Assembly: GCA_001784285.1 (NCBI GenBank)
Contig: MFQC01000007.1
Span: 4,197-68,196 of the forward strand
Direction of reading: 5' to 3'
DNA length: 64,000 nt
DNA from: Candidatus Magasanikbacteria bacterium RIFCSPHIGHO2_02_FULL_48_18
GTDB lineage: Bacteria; Patescibacteriota; Patescibacteriia; Magasanikbacterales; UBA922
Positions within the stretch are counted from its first letter, which is position 1. Every line of letters begins with the position of its first letter. Below are positions 45,593-55,182 of this stretch, in pieces. The position numbers were made by a program, and so were the translations under genes. Below the pieces are notes generated by a model. It worked only from the letters and a program-made list of their open reading frames with translations, did no database searches and was not told the origin of the DNA.

Positions 45593-46984
45593 ATGGCTTT
45601 CCCTTGGAAAAAATTATTTATCCGAAAAGAGTGCGACCTCCCCACGTTTGGCGCGGCCATTCAAACGGCCTATCATATACTTTGGCGTTTCACAAAATTA
45701 AAAAAAGAATATTTGTTCGCGCACCTTAAAGGAAGAGATATTTATTACTACATCCATGATGTGGACGAACGAGCGGTCGGGCGATCGCTCTATCAGAAAA
45801 AATACAGTACGCCATTGCATATTCAGGAGAGATACGCCGAAGGCGTGGCCTTTCTCAAACAAACCAAAATAACAGCCCGTTATTGGCAAAAATCCTTGGC
45901 AAAAAATTTTTCACGCGACCATCTTTCTCGCGCGTTTGCCGCGTTTCAAAAAGATTTTGCCATCATTAATAATGAGTATAGTATTCTTCCGTGGTGGGCG
46001 CTCGAATCATGGCAATATGATTTTTTGGAGACCACTCATGCGTTGATACAAAAGAAAAAAGCCGAAGCATATCAGGATACCATTCTTGCCTCGCTTTTAC
46101 GGCCATGGAAGCGGACGGCGGTTCAAGACATTGAGCGAAAGTTTCACAAAGGGGTTCCGGTATCTCGGTTGGTTCACGATTATCAATTTTTACGAAGCTG
46201 GACGGTTGTTTGGCATACTCCTATCACCGCCGAATGGATTGAAGACGTCTGCAAAAAAGTGGCTCTCCCAAGACAGGATGCTTTTTCTCAGAAAAAAATT
46301 ATTCAGCTTCTTCGGCCAAATACACAAGAAAAAAGATATATTGAAGCCGCTCCGTATGTCGTCTTTTTTAAAGATTGGCGCGATGATGTGCGCCGCAAGC
46401 ATGCATTTCTGTGGACGTTTTTATTTGACGGACTGTCGCGGTATTTTGATGTCGCGTATGATGATATTGGGTACTCTCCGTTATGGGAAATTGATACCGC
46501 GTTGAAAAAGGACAGAATTGACCGCCAGAGTATTCAAGAAAGAAAACAGTATGGATGCGTGTTAACGTCTGCGCCGCGTGCCCTTGATATCAGGGTGATA
46601 GAACGGCCGCGTTATGAACGATATGTCAAAAGAGCGCTGGCAGTGGATATGGCTTGGACATCCATGGAAATACATGGAATCATCGCTCAGCGGGGTGTGG
46701 CGCGGGGGAGAGTGCGCGTGGTGAGGAAGTACGCGGATGTGTTCCATATCAAGGGAGGCGATATCCTGGTTGCCAACACGACGCACCCGAATTATCTCGT
46801 GGGCATGAAAAAGGCGGCAGCCTTTATTACGGACGAGGGCGGTATTGCGAGCCACGCGGCGATTGTAGCAAGAGAAATGAAAAAACCTTGTCTTGTGGGA
46901 ACGGGAAACGCCACAAAAGCGCTTCGCGACGGCGATATGGTGGAAGTTGACGCCGAGCGGGGAACGGTGTGTACAATACAATAA
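45593..46984 (+). CDS. protein with C-terminal PEP-utilising-enzyme mobile (phosphohistidine swivel) domain and an unrecognised ~330-aa N-terminal region
   Basis: C-terminus GGIASHAAIVAREMKKPCLVGTG matches the PEP-utilizers phosphohistidine motif. N-terminal part is rich in W/Y/K with no motif I recognise. Confidence 0.55.
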   Translation: MAFPWKKLFIRKECDLPTFGAAIQTAYHILWRFTKLKKEYLFAHLKGRDIYYYIHDVDERAVGRSLYQKKYSTPLHIQERYAEGVAFLKQTKITARYWQKSLAKNFSRDHLSRAFAAFQKDFAIINNEYSILPWWALESWQYDFLETTHALIQKKKAEAYQDTILASLLRPWKRTAVQDIERKFHKGVPVSRLVHDYQFLRSWTVVWHTPITAEWIEDVCKKVALPRQDAFSQKKIIQLLRPNTQEKRYIEAAPYVVFFKDWRDDVRRKHAFLWTFLFDGLSRYFDVAYDDIGYSPLWEIDTALKKDRIDRQSIQERKQYGCVLTSAPRALDIRVIERPRYERYVKRALAVDMAWTSMEIHGIIAQRGVARGRVRVVRKYADVFHIKGGDILVANTTHPNYLVGMKKAAAFITDEGGIASHAAIVAREMKKPCLVGTGNATKALRDGDMVEVDAERGTVCTIQ

Positions 46985-46998
46985 TTTTTTATACGAAT

Positions 46999-47223
46999 AT
47001 GAAATGGAACAAATTTTTCATATACATTATCGTACTCCTTATGGTATCGGCGGGTTTTGTTGTATATATCATATATGGTTTTGGAAAACCGAATGCCAAA
47101 CCTGCAATACCGACGCCGATAACCACATTTGAGGAATGTGAAAAGGCAGGATACCCGGTGTATTTTCCCCGTCCGCGTTTGTGCGTGGCGGACGGAAAAA
47201 CATTTGTGGAAACCTTGCGTTGA
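46999..47223 (+). CDS. small signal-anchored hypothetical protein
   Basis: MKWNKFFIYIIVLLMVSAGFVVYIIYGF... then PRPRLCVADGKTFVETLR; 74 aa. Confidence 0.35.
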   Translation: MKWNKFFIYIIVLLMVSAGFVVYIIYGFGKPNAKPAIPTPITTFEECEKAGYPVYFPRPRLCVADGKTFVETLR

Positions 47224-47254
47224 ATAAAAATTTCCCCCCCCATAGTACAATTTC

Positions 47255-47284
47255 TTGACAGTTTTTTTTGCTTTTGAGTATACT
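47255..47284 (+). promoter_or_regulatory. sigma70-like promoter (TTGACA-18-TATACT) for the giant-protein operon
   Basis: TTGACA 47255-47260; TATACT 47279-47284; about 50 nt upstream of ATG 47336. Confidence 0.45.
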
Positions 47285-47335
47285 CAATGATATTATTGTA
47301 CAATGTTGGTCTGATTTATTTTTTATTTTTCATCT

Positions 47336-50300
47336 ATGACGTACACGCATCGCCCGCTTTTCCACTGGATGACGGCGGCATGTCTTCTTTCATCCCTTCT
47401 TTTTGCGCCGTTTTTGGTGGTCCGCGCGCAAGTCTCTGACGAAATCCTTACGGAAGAACCTGTTGTCTCTCTTCCAGAAACAGCCACAGACCTGGAGGAC
47501 AGCAGACCACTTTCCTACACAGCCCTTATGCGGCGGTTTCATGCGCTTCGCACACAGGATCAGGATACTGTGGAGGATGCCGAGCGCACAGCGCTAAGAG
47601 ATGATCTTGCCGCATTTCTTGAACAAGAAAAAATCAAGACTGGCGGGTTACCTGTTTCTCAAGAAAAACAGCGCGCGTATATTGACCGGCTCGAAGCCAT
47701 GATACAGATATTGACGCCGCAAGAAACTCCTGAAGAATCGTGGTGGAATCGTTTTGTCCGCACGATTACGGAATGGTTTCACGAGGACACAGCGCTCACG
47801 TTTGATGAAAAAGAATTTCGCGCGCCGGACTTTCCATCGCAATTTCAATTTGCTGATGACGTTATTGAAGTAAAAGAGCTCAAAAATCCTGTGGTTAGAG
47901 TTGCTGAAGGGGAAACAATAACCGATGCGCTCAAAAAATTGGTGCGCATTGAGGTGGCGTCTGCCGATACCACGCTTCCGGTCCTTGCGGATATCAAACC
48001 GGACGGAGAAGCCGTTATTCCAGAAGAGATACGCACCCTTGCCAAAGATTTGGACAACAATCCTGTTGCGATTATGAACTATGTGCAAAATGCCATTCAG
48101 TATGAGCCGTATTTTGGCGCAAAAAAAGGAAGCGTGGGATGTTTGCATGAAAAGGCATGCAATGATGTTGACGCCTCGTCGCTCACGATTGCGCTTTTGC
48201 GCGCCGCCGGGATTCCGGCTCGGTATAAGACGAGCATTGCAGTTTTTTCCATGGATCAGTTGAAGTCCCTTCTTGGCGTTGACGAGGCAAACACGGTCTA
48301 CGCCGCGTTCGCATCCAATCATGTGCCGGTGTACACTATTTCCGGCAATCCGCTTCCGGAAAAATTGGACGATGCGAATCTTTCGGGTGAGACCCATCTT
48401 GCGCTGGAATGGGTTTTTGCCGAAGCATTTTATGATTATGACGAACGCGGAGCCAATATCCCCAATACGCTTGAGGCGGGTGGCGCGCAGACGTCGGAGG
48501 AGCTTCACGCGCTTCTCGCGCCATTTCCAAAAAAGCAATGGATTCCGATCGATGTCATTGTTCGTTCCTATATACACACGAAAAATCCGATTCTCGCCGA
48601 GTCGGCAAATTTTAACGCTGAGTCATTTTTCTATGATTATCTCGCGTATCAAGGAAATTTGGATCCGGTGGAAAAATACGCCGAAGAACTGAAAACAAAA
48701 ACAGGAAAAACGCTCGAAAGTTCTTTGTCCACGAAGGGGTACACCGAAAAGTCTTTGGATATTATCCCGATTACCTTGCCCTATCTCTTGGGCGAAGGAT
48801 CAGCAGAAGACGGAAGCGTGGTTGCGCCAGAGGCATTTTCAATCCTTCCGGAAAGTTTTCGCTATCAGCTAACGCTTTCCCTCCTTCAAAGTTTCACTAA
48901 TGAAAGTGTCTTGGAAACGACATTCCTGGCAAGTGTCGTGAATAATGCAGAACTTAATGTTTATTATGAAGGGTTTACCCCGGAAGACCAGGCAATTATT
49001 GATAGTTATGGCGGCATTCATCTCACCCCGGCGGAACTGGTTGATATTCGGGCAATGCTGAGGACAGAGGATGCCATATTTTCCGGAACAAAAGCGATTG
49101 CCATTGGCGAATCGCTCGTGATGAAATTTCGGCTGACCCTGAACGGGGAAGAATTACATATTGATGAAAAGTTTTCCACAGCCGGAAACCATGAGGGTGT
49201 GTATCTTGCGTTTTCAAAAACAATTCCCCATCCATTTTTGATCGACGACAATGATCCGGACAAAAACAGCAAAATTCTTCTTGAAGGAAATACAGCGGTG
49301 GCGCGAGAGTATCTCCGCACGATTGAAAAACAAGGGGCACTCCTCAAACAATCACTTGATTATGAATATCAAACGCTTGTCACGCGCGCGGTCGTCACGC
49401 AAAATCGTATTTTGAATACGGCAAACGGCGTGCCGACCACGTTTGACTTCCAAGGCCTTACGATTGACGCGACCACCTTTGTCGCGGATTATTCCAATCG
49501 GGGAAATTACAAAAATCATCGCAAAGATTTTCGGCTTCTTTGGGGGCTTATGGCTTCGTATGAAGAAGGACAGGTCTTTACCGACCTTGCCGGCTTGAAC
49601 GGCATTTCAACGGTCAAAGGCCTGCAATATGCCTATGGAAATCCCGGGACCTATACCATTCATATTATTACCAGCGCCAATAAAGCGGTGATCGACACCT
49701 TAACGCTTTCCGAAAATACGAAAGAGAATATGAAGGCGGATGTGGATAAAGGGAATACCGTTATTACGCCGCAAAAAGCAATCGAAAAAGGCAAATGGAA
49801 GGGTGTCCTCTATATTTCGCTTGATCCCACCTGGACCGGCACATACGCGATCGGCGAGCAGGTGAGTCAAAATGGGGGATTTACGACAGATGATTTGGAA
49901 GTGGCAAGCGTGTATGACCCGGAGGTTGCATCTTGGATAGATTATTATTTTAAAACCATCCAGCTCCTCTCTGAGAATGCCAAGTTTGGTTATCAAGATA
50001 TGCCCAAATCTATTGGAAGTGTCGCTTGCACGCTCAAAGAAACAACGTTTAATGCCATCAAAAGTGAATCTGGCTGGAAAACGGAATATGGATTTCCCTG
50101 TCGGAAGGATATTATTTCGTTTGGTCCTGTCGAACATATATATATTTTGGCTACAAATGCCATAAAATTTTACAGAACCGGGCAATATAATTACTGGACA
50201 AAACCGGCAAATGTTCTTCAAAAAATAGATAAATACATCGAAGAAAATACAGCCATAAGCAGTCAAGATATTCAAGGGAATAAAGATCTTGGACTTATAA

Positions 50301-51577
50301 AAATGGGGAATGATTTTACAACATATGGTGTGAGTTTTTCTACTATTTTGGGAACATACAAGACAGGTGCTTGTGAAAATCAAAATTTGACATATTGTCC
50401 CGATGATGAGGAAAGTGTGGTGTATTATAGTCCAAACGGCAATGGCGGGGATGTGTTTCGGGTTATAGGTGAACTGTTGGAAAAATTGGATGTACAAAAA
50501 AATGGCATACCTAAATATGCGGTTAAACAGGTTGGTTTCCCGGTAAGTCATGAAGCATATGCGGGCACAAGCCCGATTGGCACCCAGGGCACATATCAAA
50601 ATTTTGTCAATGGGCAATTGTACAAACAAACAAATGCATCAAAAAGTGTTGCGTACGTCCCTCAGGCGATTGTGAATGTATTCAATGGAGAAAATGGGAC
50701 ATGGGGAAAACTCGGATTTCCTTCAGGGGATCCCTATTCGTGGAAAGGGACACTGGCACAGGATTTTGAGACAGGAAGAATTGAAGGGTGGGGATCTGGC
50801 TATGCCGTGAGTCCGATTTGGTATTCACAAAAAGATAGTCATCACTTCCTCATCGTGAATTTGAATCCAAATGCAAGCAAGCGGGCGTGCTTCAAATCAT
50901 ATATTGGGCTTGCTGATGGCGTTTCAATTGGAGACAAAAATGTGGATGGAACATTAAAAAAACAATTTAGTGCACGGCATTTTGGCGATATTTTATTCTC
51001 GACGGTTGCAAGCGTGATTGCAAATAGAAAATTATCAGGGTATGAACCGGTTGCCGGGATAAACGCGGATTTCGTTGATAATAGTGCTCCAATGGGGATC
51101 AATTTTAGTCTTGGTCATGATTATACGGGGTGGCGTGACTTCTGGACTGCGATGGGAATATCAAAAAACAACGAGGTTATATTTAGCGGGGATAAGGGAG
51201 TGGTAGAGGAAAAATATAAGCACGCCATCGTGGGGGGAGGACCAAAAATTATTACAAAGGGGGAGATGACCAAGACTTCTTGTTCTGATTTGATCGGTTT
51301 TGCAAATTGTAATATTGCCCATGATCAAAGAACAGCGGTGGGTATCACTGGCCAAAATTTTATGATTGTTTTAGTGACTGACGATGGCCCCTTTGATGAT
51401 TTGCCCAGCATATTGAACACCTATGAAAAAAGTTATGGAAAAGTAAAAGAGGCAAATATGTTCGATGGCGGCGGTTCTCCGTCTTTGATATTTGAAAATG
51501 GAATTAAAAGAGAAGGGGGAAATACATTGTCTTCTCTCCTGCTTATGTATTCAGGAGATGCCTGCGCAAATCTATGA
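47336..51577 (+). CDS. giant secreted protein (1413 aa) with transglutaminase-like cysteine-protease core and a C-terminal phosphodiester-glycosidase-like (NAGPA/DUF2233-type) domain
   Basis: Signal peptide MTYTHRPLFHWMTAACLLSSLLFAPFLVVRAQV. Transglutaminase-core motif ...KKGSVGCLHEKACNDVDASSLTIALLRAAGIPARYKT. C-terminal ~250 aa ending ...ANMFDGGGSPSLIFENG, a tentative NAGPA-like match. Stop overlaps the next start (ATGA). Confidence 0.65.
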   Translation: MTYTHRPLFHWMTAACLLSSLLFAPFLVVRAQVSDEILTEEPVVSLPETATDLEDSRPLSYTALMRRFHALRTQDQDTVEDAERTALRDDLAAFLEQEKIKTGGLPVSQEKQRAYIDRLEAMIQILTPQETPEESWWNRFVRTITEWFHEDTALTFDEKEFRAPDFPSQFQFADDVIEVKELKNPVVRVAEGETITDALKKLVRIEVASADTTLPVLADIKPDGEAVIPEEIRTLAKDLDNNPVAIMNYVQNAIQYEPYFGAKKGSVGCLHEKACNDVDASSLTIALLRAAGIPARYKTSIAVFSMDQLKSLLGVDEANTVYAAFASNHVPVYTISGNPLPEKLDDANLSGETHLALEWVFAEAFYDYDERGANIPNTLEAGGAQTSEELHALLAPFPKKQWIPIDVIVRSYIHTKNPILAESANFNAESFFYDYLAYQGNLDPVEKYAEELKTKTGKTLESSLSTKGYTEKSLDIIPITLPYLLGEGSAEDGSVVAPEAFSILPESFRYQLTLSLLQSFTNESVLETTFLASVVNNAELNVYYEGFTPEDQAIIDSYGGIHLTPAELVDIRAMLRTEDAIFSGTKAIAIGESLVMKFRLTLNGEELHIDEKFSTAGNHEGVYLAFSKTIPHPFLIDDNDPDKNSKILLEGNTAVAREYLRTIEKQGALLKQSLDYEYQTLVTRAVVTQNRILNTANGVPTTFDFQGLTIDATTFVADYSNRGNYKNHRKDFRLLWGLMASYEEGQVFTDLAGLNGISTVKGLQYAYGNPGTYTIHIITSANKAVIDTLTLSENTKENMKADVDKGNTVITPQKAIEKGKWKGVLYISLDPTWTGTYAIGEQVSQNGGFTTDDLEVASVYDPEVASWIDYYFKTIQLLSENAKFGYQDMPKSIGSVACTLKETTFNAIKSESGWKTEYGFPCRKDIISFGPVEHIYILATNAIKFYRTGQYNYWTKPANVLQKIDKYIEENTAISSQDIQGNKDLGLIKMGNDFTTYGVSFSTILGTYKTGACENQNLTYCPDDEESVVYYSPNGNGGDVFRVIGELLEKLDVQKNGIPKYAVKQVGFPVSHEAYAGTSPIGTQGTYQNFVNGQLYKQTNASKSVAYVPQAIVNVFNGENGTWGKLGFPSGDPYSWKGTLAQDFETGRIEGWGSGYAVSPIWYSQKDSHHFLIVNLNPNASKRACFKSYIGLADGVSIGDKNVDGTLKKQFSARHFGDILFSTVASVIANRKLSGYEPVAGINADFVDNSAPMGINFSLGHDYTGWRDFWTAMGISKNNEVIFSGDKGVVEEKYKHAIVGGGPKIITKGEMTKTSCSDLIGFANCNIAHDQRTAVGITGQNFMIVLVTDDGPFDDLPSILNTYEKSYGKVKEANMFDGGGSPSLIFENGIKREGGNTLSSLLLMYSGDACANL

Positions 51578-52119
51578 GCGGACAATGTAAAAAAGTAAAA
51601 ATTATATTTTTTATTATTTTCCTTTCTAGTGTGTCGTTGTGGCTATCCACAATCATGACACAACGAAGCGCTCCCTTTTCAGGAGAAGATACTCCTGAAT
51701 GGCGGTGGGGATTTCCTATTCAGTATGTGATAGATAACAGAGAGGGCGAATCAGTAGATCATATAAGTTTCAGCGATGATGTCATTCTTTGGGATAGGTT
51801 TAGTTTCAATGTCATTTTTTTCCTGCTTTTCTTTTTTACGGCATTGGGCGGTCTTTTATGGAAACAAGTACCCGGAATGATTTATTTTATCGGGGTATGT
51901 GTTGTGGCGCTCCTTTGGGTGAATCTTTTTTTTGTCAGCGGACCGTTTGAATTTTTTGTTCATTCATGGGAAGCCCGTCCGAGGCCTTTAACAATTATAG
52001 AAAAAAAATCAATCGTTGGCTCACTGTTGGTTATTGACGCAGTTTTGCTCCTCTTTTCCATGGGTGTGTATTGGCTGGTGGGTCATATGAAGGCAAAAAA
52101 AGTACGATATGAATTATGA
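51574..52119 (+). CDS. hypothetical integral membrane protein (translationally coupled between the two giant genes)
   Basis: 181 aa with about 4-5 TM helices; ATGA overlaps at both ends (51574-51577 and 52116-52119). Confidence 0.45.
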   Translation: MSGQCKKVKIIFFIIFLSSVSLWLSTIMTQRSAPFSGEDTPEWRWGFPIQYVIDNREGESVDHISFSDDVILWDRFSFNVIFFLLFFFTALGGLLWKQVPGMIYFIGVCVVALLWVNLFFVSGPFEFFVHSWEARPRPLTIIEKKSIVGSLLVIDAVLLLFSMGVYWLVGHMKAKKVRYEL

Positions 52120-55106
52120 GTATAGATGTGACACAAACGAAAAGTAAAATAGTATCAAAAGTAATCCTCCGAAAAATAAATAATAACTTTTTTCATATGA
52201 CCACGCGCACCATTGCCATACTCCTCACGTTCTCGCTTGTGAGCCTGGAGTTTTTTCCTGCCTTTCAAGTAATAGCTCAGGAAGAAAGAGGCGAAACCCA
52301 GCTCGAAACAAACGAGCCGCGCGCTCTTCCAAATGCGCCACTTCCGCTGTTTGATGGGAGGGATCGGTTTGTGGAACCGATCCCTGTTATTCAAGAATTA
52401 CACCCTGATTTTCGCGCGCTTGAGGAGCGTGAGCTTCCTCGGCCCATACAGGCGCGCGTGATTGACGGGCGGACCCCATTTGAGAAGCGCATGCTTCAGT
52501 TTTCCTCAAAAGCTTTGCAGGAGCAGTTTCAAAAAGGAAATATCGCGCCTCAGCAAAAAGGCGAGGTTCGCTTGCACAAGGTCAGTGAGCGGGCGTCTTC
52601 ATGGGTGCGCGCCCTCTTTGCAGATGACGTCCATGCGGCAGAGTTTGTGCCCATTATGGATTTTTATGATGGGATTGAAGATGTCCCTATTGATTATGCG
52701 TTACAGTATCTGTCACAGCACCAAAATTTGGATGGCAGTTTTGGCGCGTATAGTCGGTATGAGACAACCTTTTTGGTTTTCTTTTCACTGATTGAGTGGG
52801 GGAAAACCGACAATGATCAGTATGATCTCGCGCTTGAGTATTTGACAAACGCAACCCCAACAAACAATCGTGAACGCGCGTTCAAAATTCGCGTGCTTTT
52901 TGCCCTGGAACAACCGTACGCGCCCCTGCTTTCCGAACTTTTGGCAACGCAAAACGACGACAACGGATTTGGATTCGACGCATATTATGCCAGTGATGTA
53001 TTAACGAGTCTTGAAGTGCTTTTAACACTCAGCCAAAGTGAACTTTTAAATGCGAATTTTCTTACGTGGGGAAAAACATTTGGGTATGTGGCAAATCACA
53101 TTGAAAGTGATGGAACCATTCGTTTCACCGAGGAAAGCGCTCCCAGTTTTTATCTCATGAATCGAGTCGCGAGAGATATGTTTCCCATGAATGGGTATGT
53201 CGTTGAGCTCAATGGAAAGACATACGATATTGAAGATATAACGAATTCGGTCGTAGGGTTTTTGGACAATCAGGTTAAAACAAATCCGGAAACGCTCCTT
53301 GGTGCGGTCGACCCAATCGACTATGCGCTCACGGCCGAAACATTGGCTGTGTATGAAAAACAAAGCGCTGTAGCAGTAAAAAATTTGTTGGAAGAAATGC
53401 AACAGGCAGATGGCGGTTTTGGCGGTATTTTGCCGACGATGTATGCGCTCTCCGCGCTTGCACAGGGCGATCTTTCACTCACAGGTCTGGTTCCTCTTTC
53501 CACGCTCACAACCGGGGTTCCTGGGTCATTGAATGTTTCTATTTATAACAACGGCATCGCGCCGGTTTCTTCCGGGAAAGTGTACCTCTTTGCAGATCAA
53601 TACCAGCTGGACTTTTTGTTTGATTTTGCAGGACAAAACGTTGTTTTGCCGCCCGACGCAACAATGGAACTTGAGTGGCCGCTTGATAATACAAACATGT
53701 TTGTTGGGACAACAGAGTTTCGATATTATGCCGAAGCTCTAAATGAAATGCGGTATACCAATAACTGGATCCAAAAAACATTCACATTTGCAAAACATCC
53801 GCAAAATATGCCGGCGTCGCCCGTTTCTTATATTGCCTATAAAAGCGTGTTCCAAGGAACGCCGGCGGTTCAATTTGTATGGGCGAAAAAATCCGATCCA
53901 TTGCGGAAAAACTATATCATTATGTCTCGCGTAAAGGGTGCAACTCAGTGGAAATTTTCCGCTGTTGACCCAAATGCCGATCAGATTATTCTCCATTCTT
54001 TGGAGCAGGGGAAAGTATACGAAGTGACCGTCGGGTCGCTCGCCATGAATGGCACAAGCGTGATATTTCATTCGACCATTACCGACGTAACGGTGAGTGC
54101 CAGTCAGGCAAATTATTTGGGAAACATGAATGGGGTTGTCACCGTGGATCAAACACCGGCGCAGGGCATTACCCTTGCCGGGTATGTGATCGGCGCCTTG
54201 AGCGGTGACAATGGCGTATTCGCAAAGAATAATCTTCCCAACGGGTCACAGTTTGTTTTTCCGTTTGATCCGCAGTATGTTCCGCTCAAAATTCGTTATA
54301 CCGTCAAACCCGGACAAACAACCAACAACGTCCGCGTATTTACGAGCTTCACTCCGGACACCACGCCTCCAGTTGGTTCAAATATCGCCATTCTCGAGGC
54401 CGTCAATAACGCAATTTCGAATAATACAGAAGTCACTATTGTTGCGAATGGAACTGATGCGGTTGCGATAAAAGATGCGGATTTCTTTTTTTATAATCCT
54501 ACCGAGGGCATCTGGGAGTATCTTGGGACGTCTCCTGTACAAAATGGCGAGGCAGTCATACCGTGGTTTGTGCCGGACACACTCAAAGGCAGTGAATACA
54601 AAATTCAGGCAATGTTTTCCGACTATCAAGGAAATATATCGAGTCCAATTGTCTTTGGTCCGTTTATCATTGACGATACCACGCCACCAATAGTTGATAC
54701 GGATGGAGACGGTATTCCAGATACCAGCGATAATTGTGTATTTGTGTCAAATCCCACTCAAGGAGATTATGACCAAGATGGGAAAGGGGATCATTGTGAT
54801 CTTCCGAAGGGAGAAGTAACAGGAGACGGCGCTATTAATGTGGTCGATGTGCAATGCACAATTTTAACCGCATTGTGGGAGTTGGCCGGGAAAAATGGGC
54901 CAATGCCCATTTGTCTTTCACCACAGGAAGTGGATAATGCGGATCTCAATTGTGATGGCGCGGTTGATATTGTCGATGTTCAAATGACTATTCTTCTTTC
55001 GCTTGATTTGGAGTGTGATGCCGGAACCGGCATGTGCTCGCCGATATTTGTCACTGAGCTTGACGCAAATCAAGATAATATCGCGGATACGTGTCAGGCG
55101 TTATAA
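52116..55106 (+). CDS. large secreted protein (~996 aa) with prenyltransferase/terpene-cyclase-type alpha/alpha-toroid repeats, Ig-like beta regions, one thrombospondin type-3 repeat and two dockerin-like repeats
   Basis: Q-x2-DG-[SG]-[FW]-G repeats (QNLDGSFGAY, QNDDNGFGFD, QQADGGFGGI). TSP3 repeat DTDGDGIPDTSDNCVFVSNPTQGDYDQDGKGDHCD. Dockerin-like TGDGAINVVDVQCTIL and NCDGAVDIVDVQMTIL. Possible alternative start at ATG 52197 (MTTRTIAILL..., signal-like). Confidence 0.6.
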   Translation: MSIDVTQTKSKIVSKVILRKINNNFFHMTTRTIAILLTFSLVSLEFFPAFQVIAQEERGETQLETNEPRALPNAPLPLFDGRDRFVEPIPVIQELHPDFRALEERELPRPIQARVIDGRTPFEKRMLQFSSKALQEQFQKGNIAPQQKGEVRLHKVSERASSWVRALFADDVHAAEFVPIMDFYDGIEDVPIDYALQYLSQHQNLDGSFGAYSRYETTFLVFFSLIEWGKTDNDQYDLALEYLTNATPTNNRERAFKIRVLFALEQPYAPLLSELLATQNDDNGFGFDAYYASDVLTSLEVLLTLSQSELLNANFLTWGKTFGYVANHIESDGTIRFTEESAPSFYLMNRVARDMFPMNGYVVELNGKTYDIEDITNSVVGFLDNQVKTNPETLLGAVDPIDYALTAETLAVYEKQSAVAVKNLLEEMQQADGGFGGILPTMYALSALAQGDLSLTGLVPLSTLTTGVPGSLNVSIYNNGIAPVSSGKVYLFADQYQLDFLFDFAGQNVVLPPDATMELEWPLDNTNMFVGTTEFRYYAEALNEMRYTNNWIQKTFTFAKHPQNMPASPVSYIAYKSVFQGTPAVQFVWAKKSDPLRKNYIIMSRVKGATQWKFSAVDPNADQIILHSLEQGKVYEVTVGSLAMNGTSVIFHSTITDVTVSASQANYLGNMNGVVTVDQTPAQGITLAGYVIGALSGDNGVFAKNNLPNGSQFVFPFDPQYVPLKIRYTVKPGQTTNNVRVFTSFTPDTTPPVGSNIAILEAVNNAISNNTEVTIVANGTDAVAIKDADFFFYNPTEGIWEYLGTSPVQNGEAVIPWFVPDTLKGSEYKIQAMFSDYQGNISSPIVFGPFIIDDTTPPIVDTDGDGIPDTSDNCVFVSNPTQGDYDQDGKGDHCDLPKGEVTGDGAINVVDVQCTILTALWELAGKNGPMPICLSPQEVDNADLNCDGAVDIVDVQMTILLSLDLECDAGTGMCSPIFVTELDANQDNIADTCQAL

Positions 55107-55182
55107 CGGTTTTCCTCCGTAAAAGTTGTTTTTGGCATTTATTGGCGGGGTGGTATACTGTATCCGTTCGTCTTCTTTGTGT

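Noticed and set aside
47648-50629. 309-aa antisense ORFs 47648..48577(-) and 49700..50629(-) inside the giant transglutaminase-like gene
   Set aside because: They are fully embedded opposite a continuous 1413-aa ORF with signal peptide and recognisable domains. Their translations are Arg/Phe/Ile-rich low-complexity.
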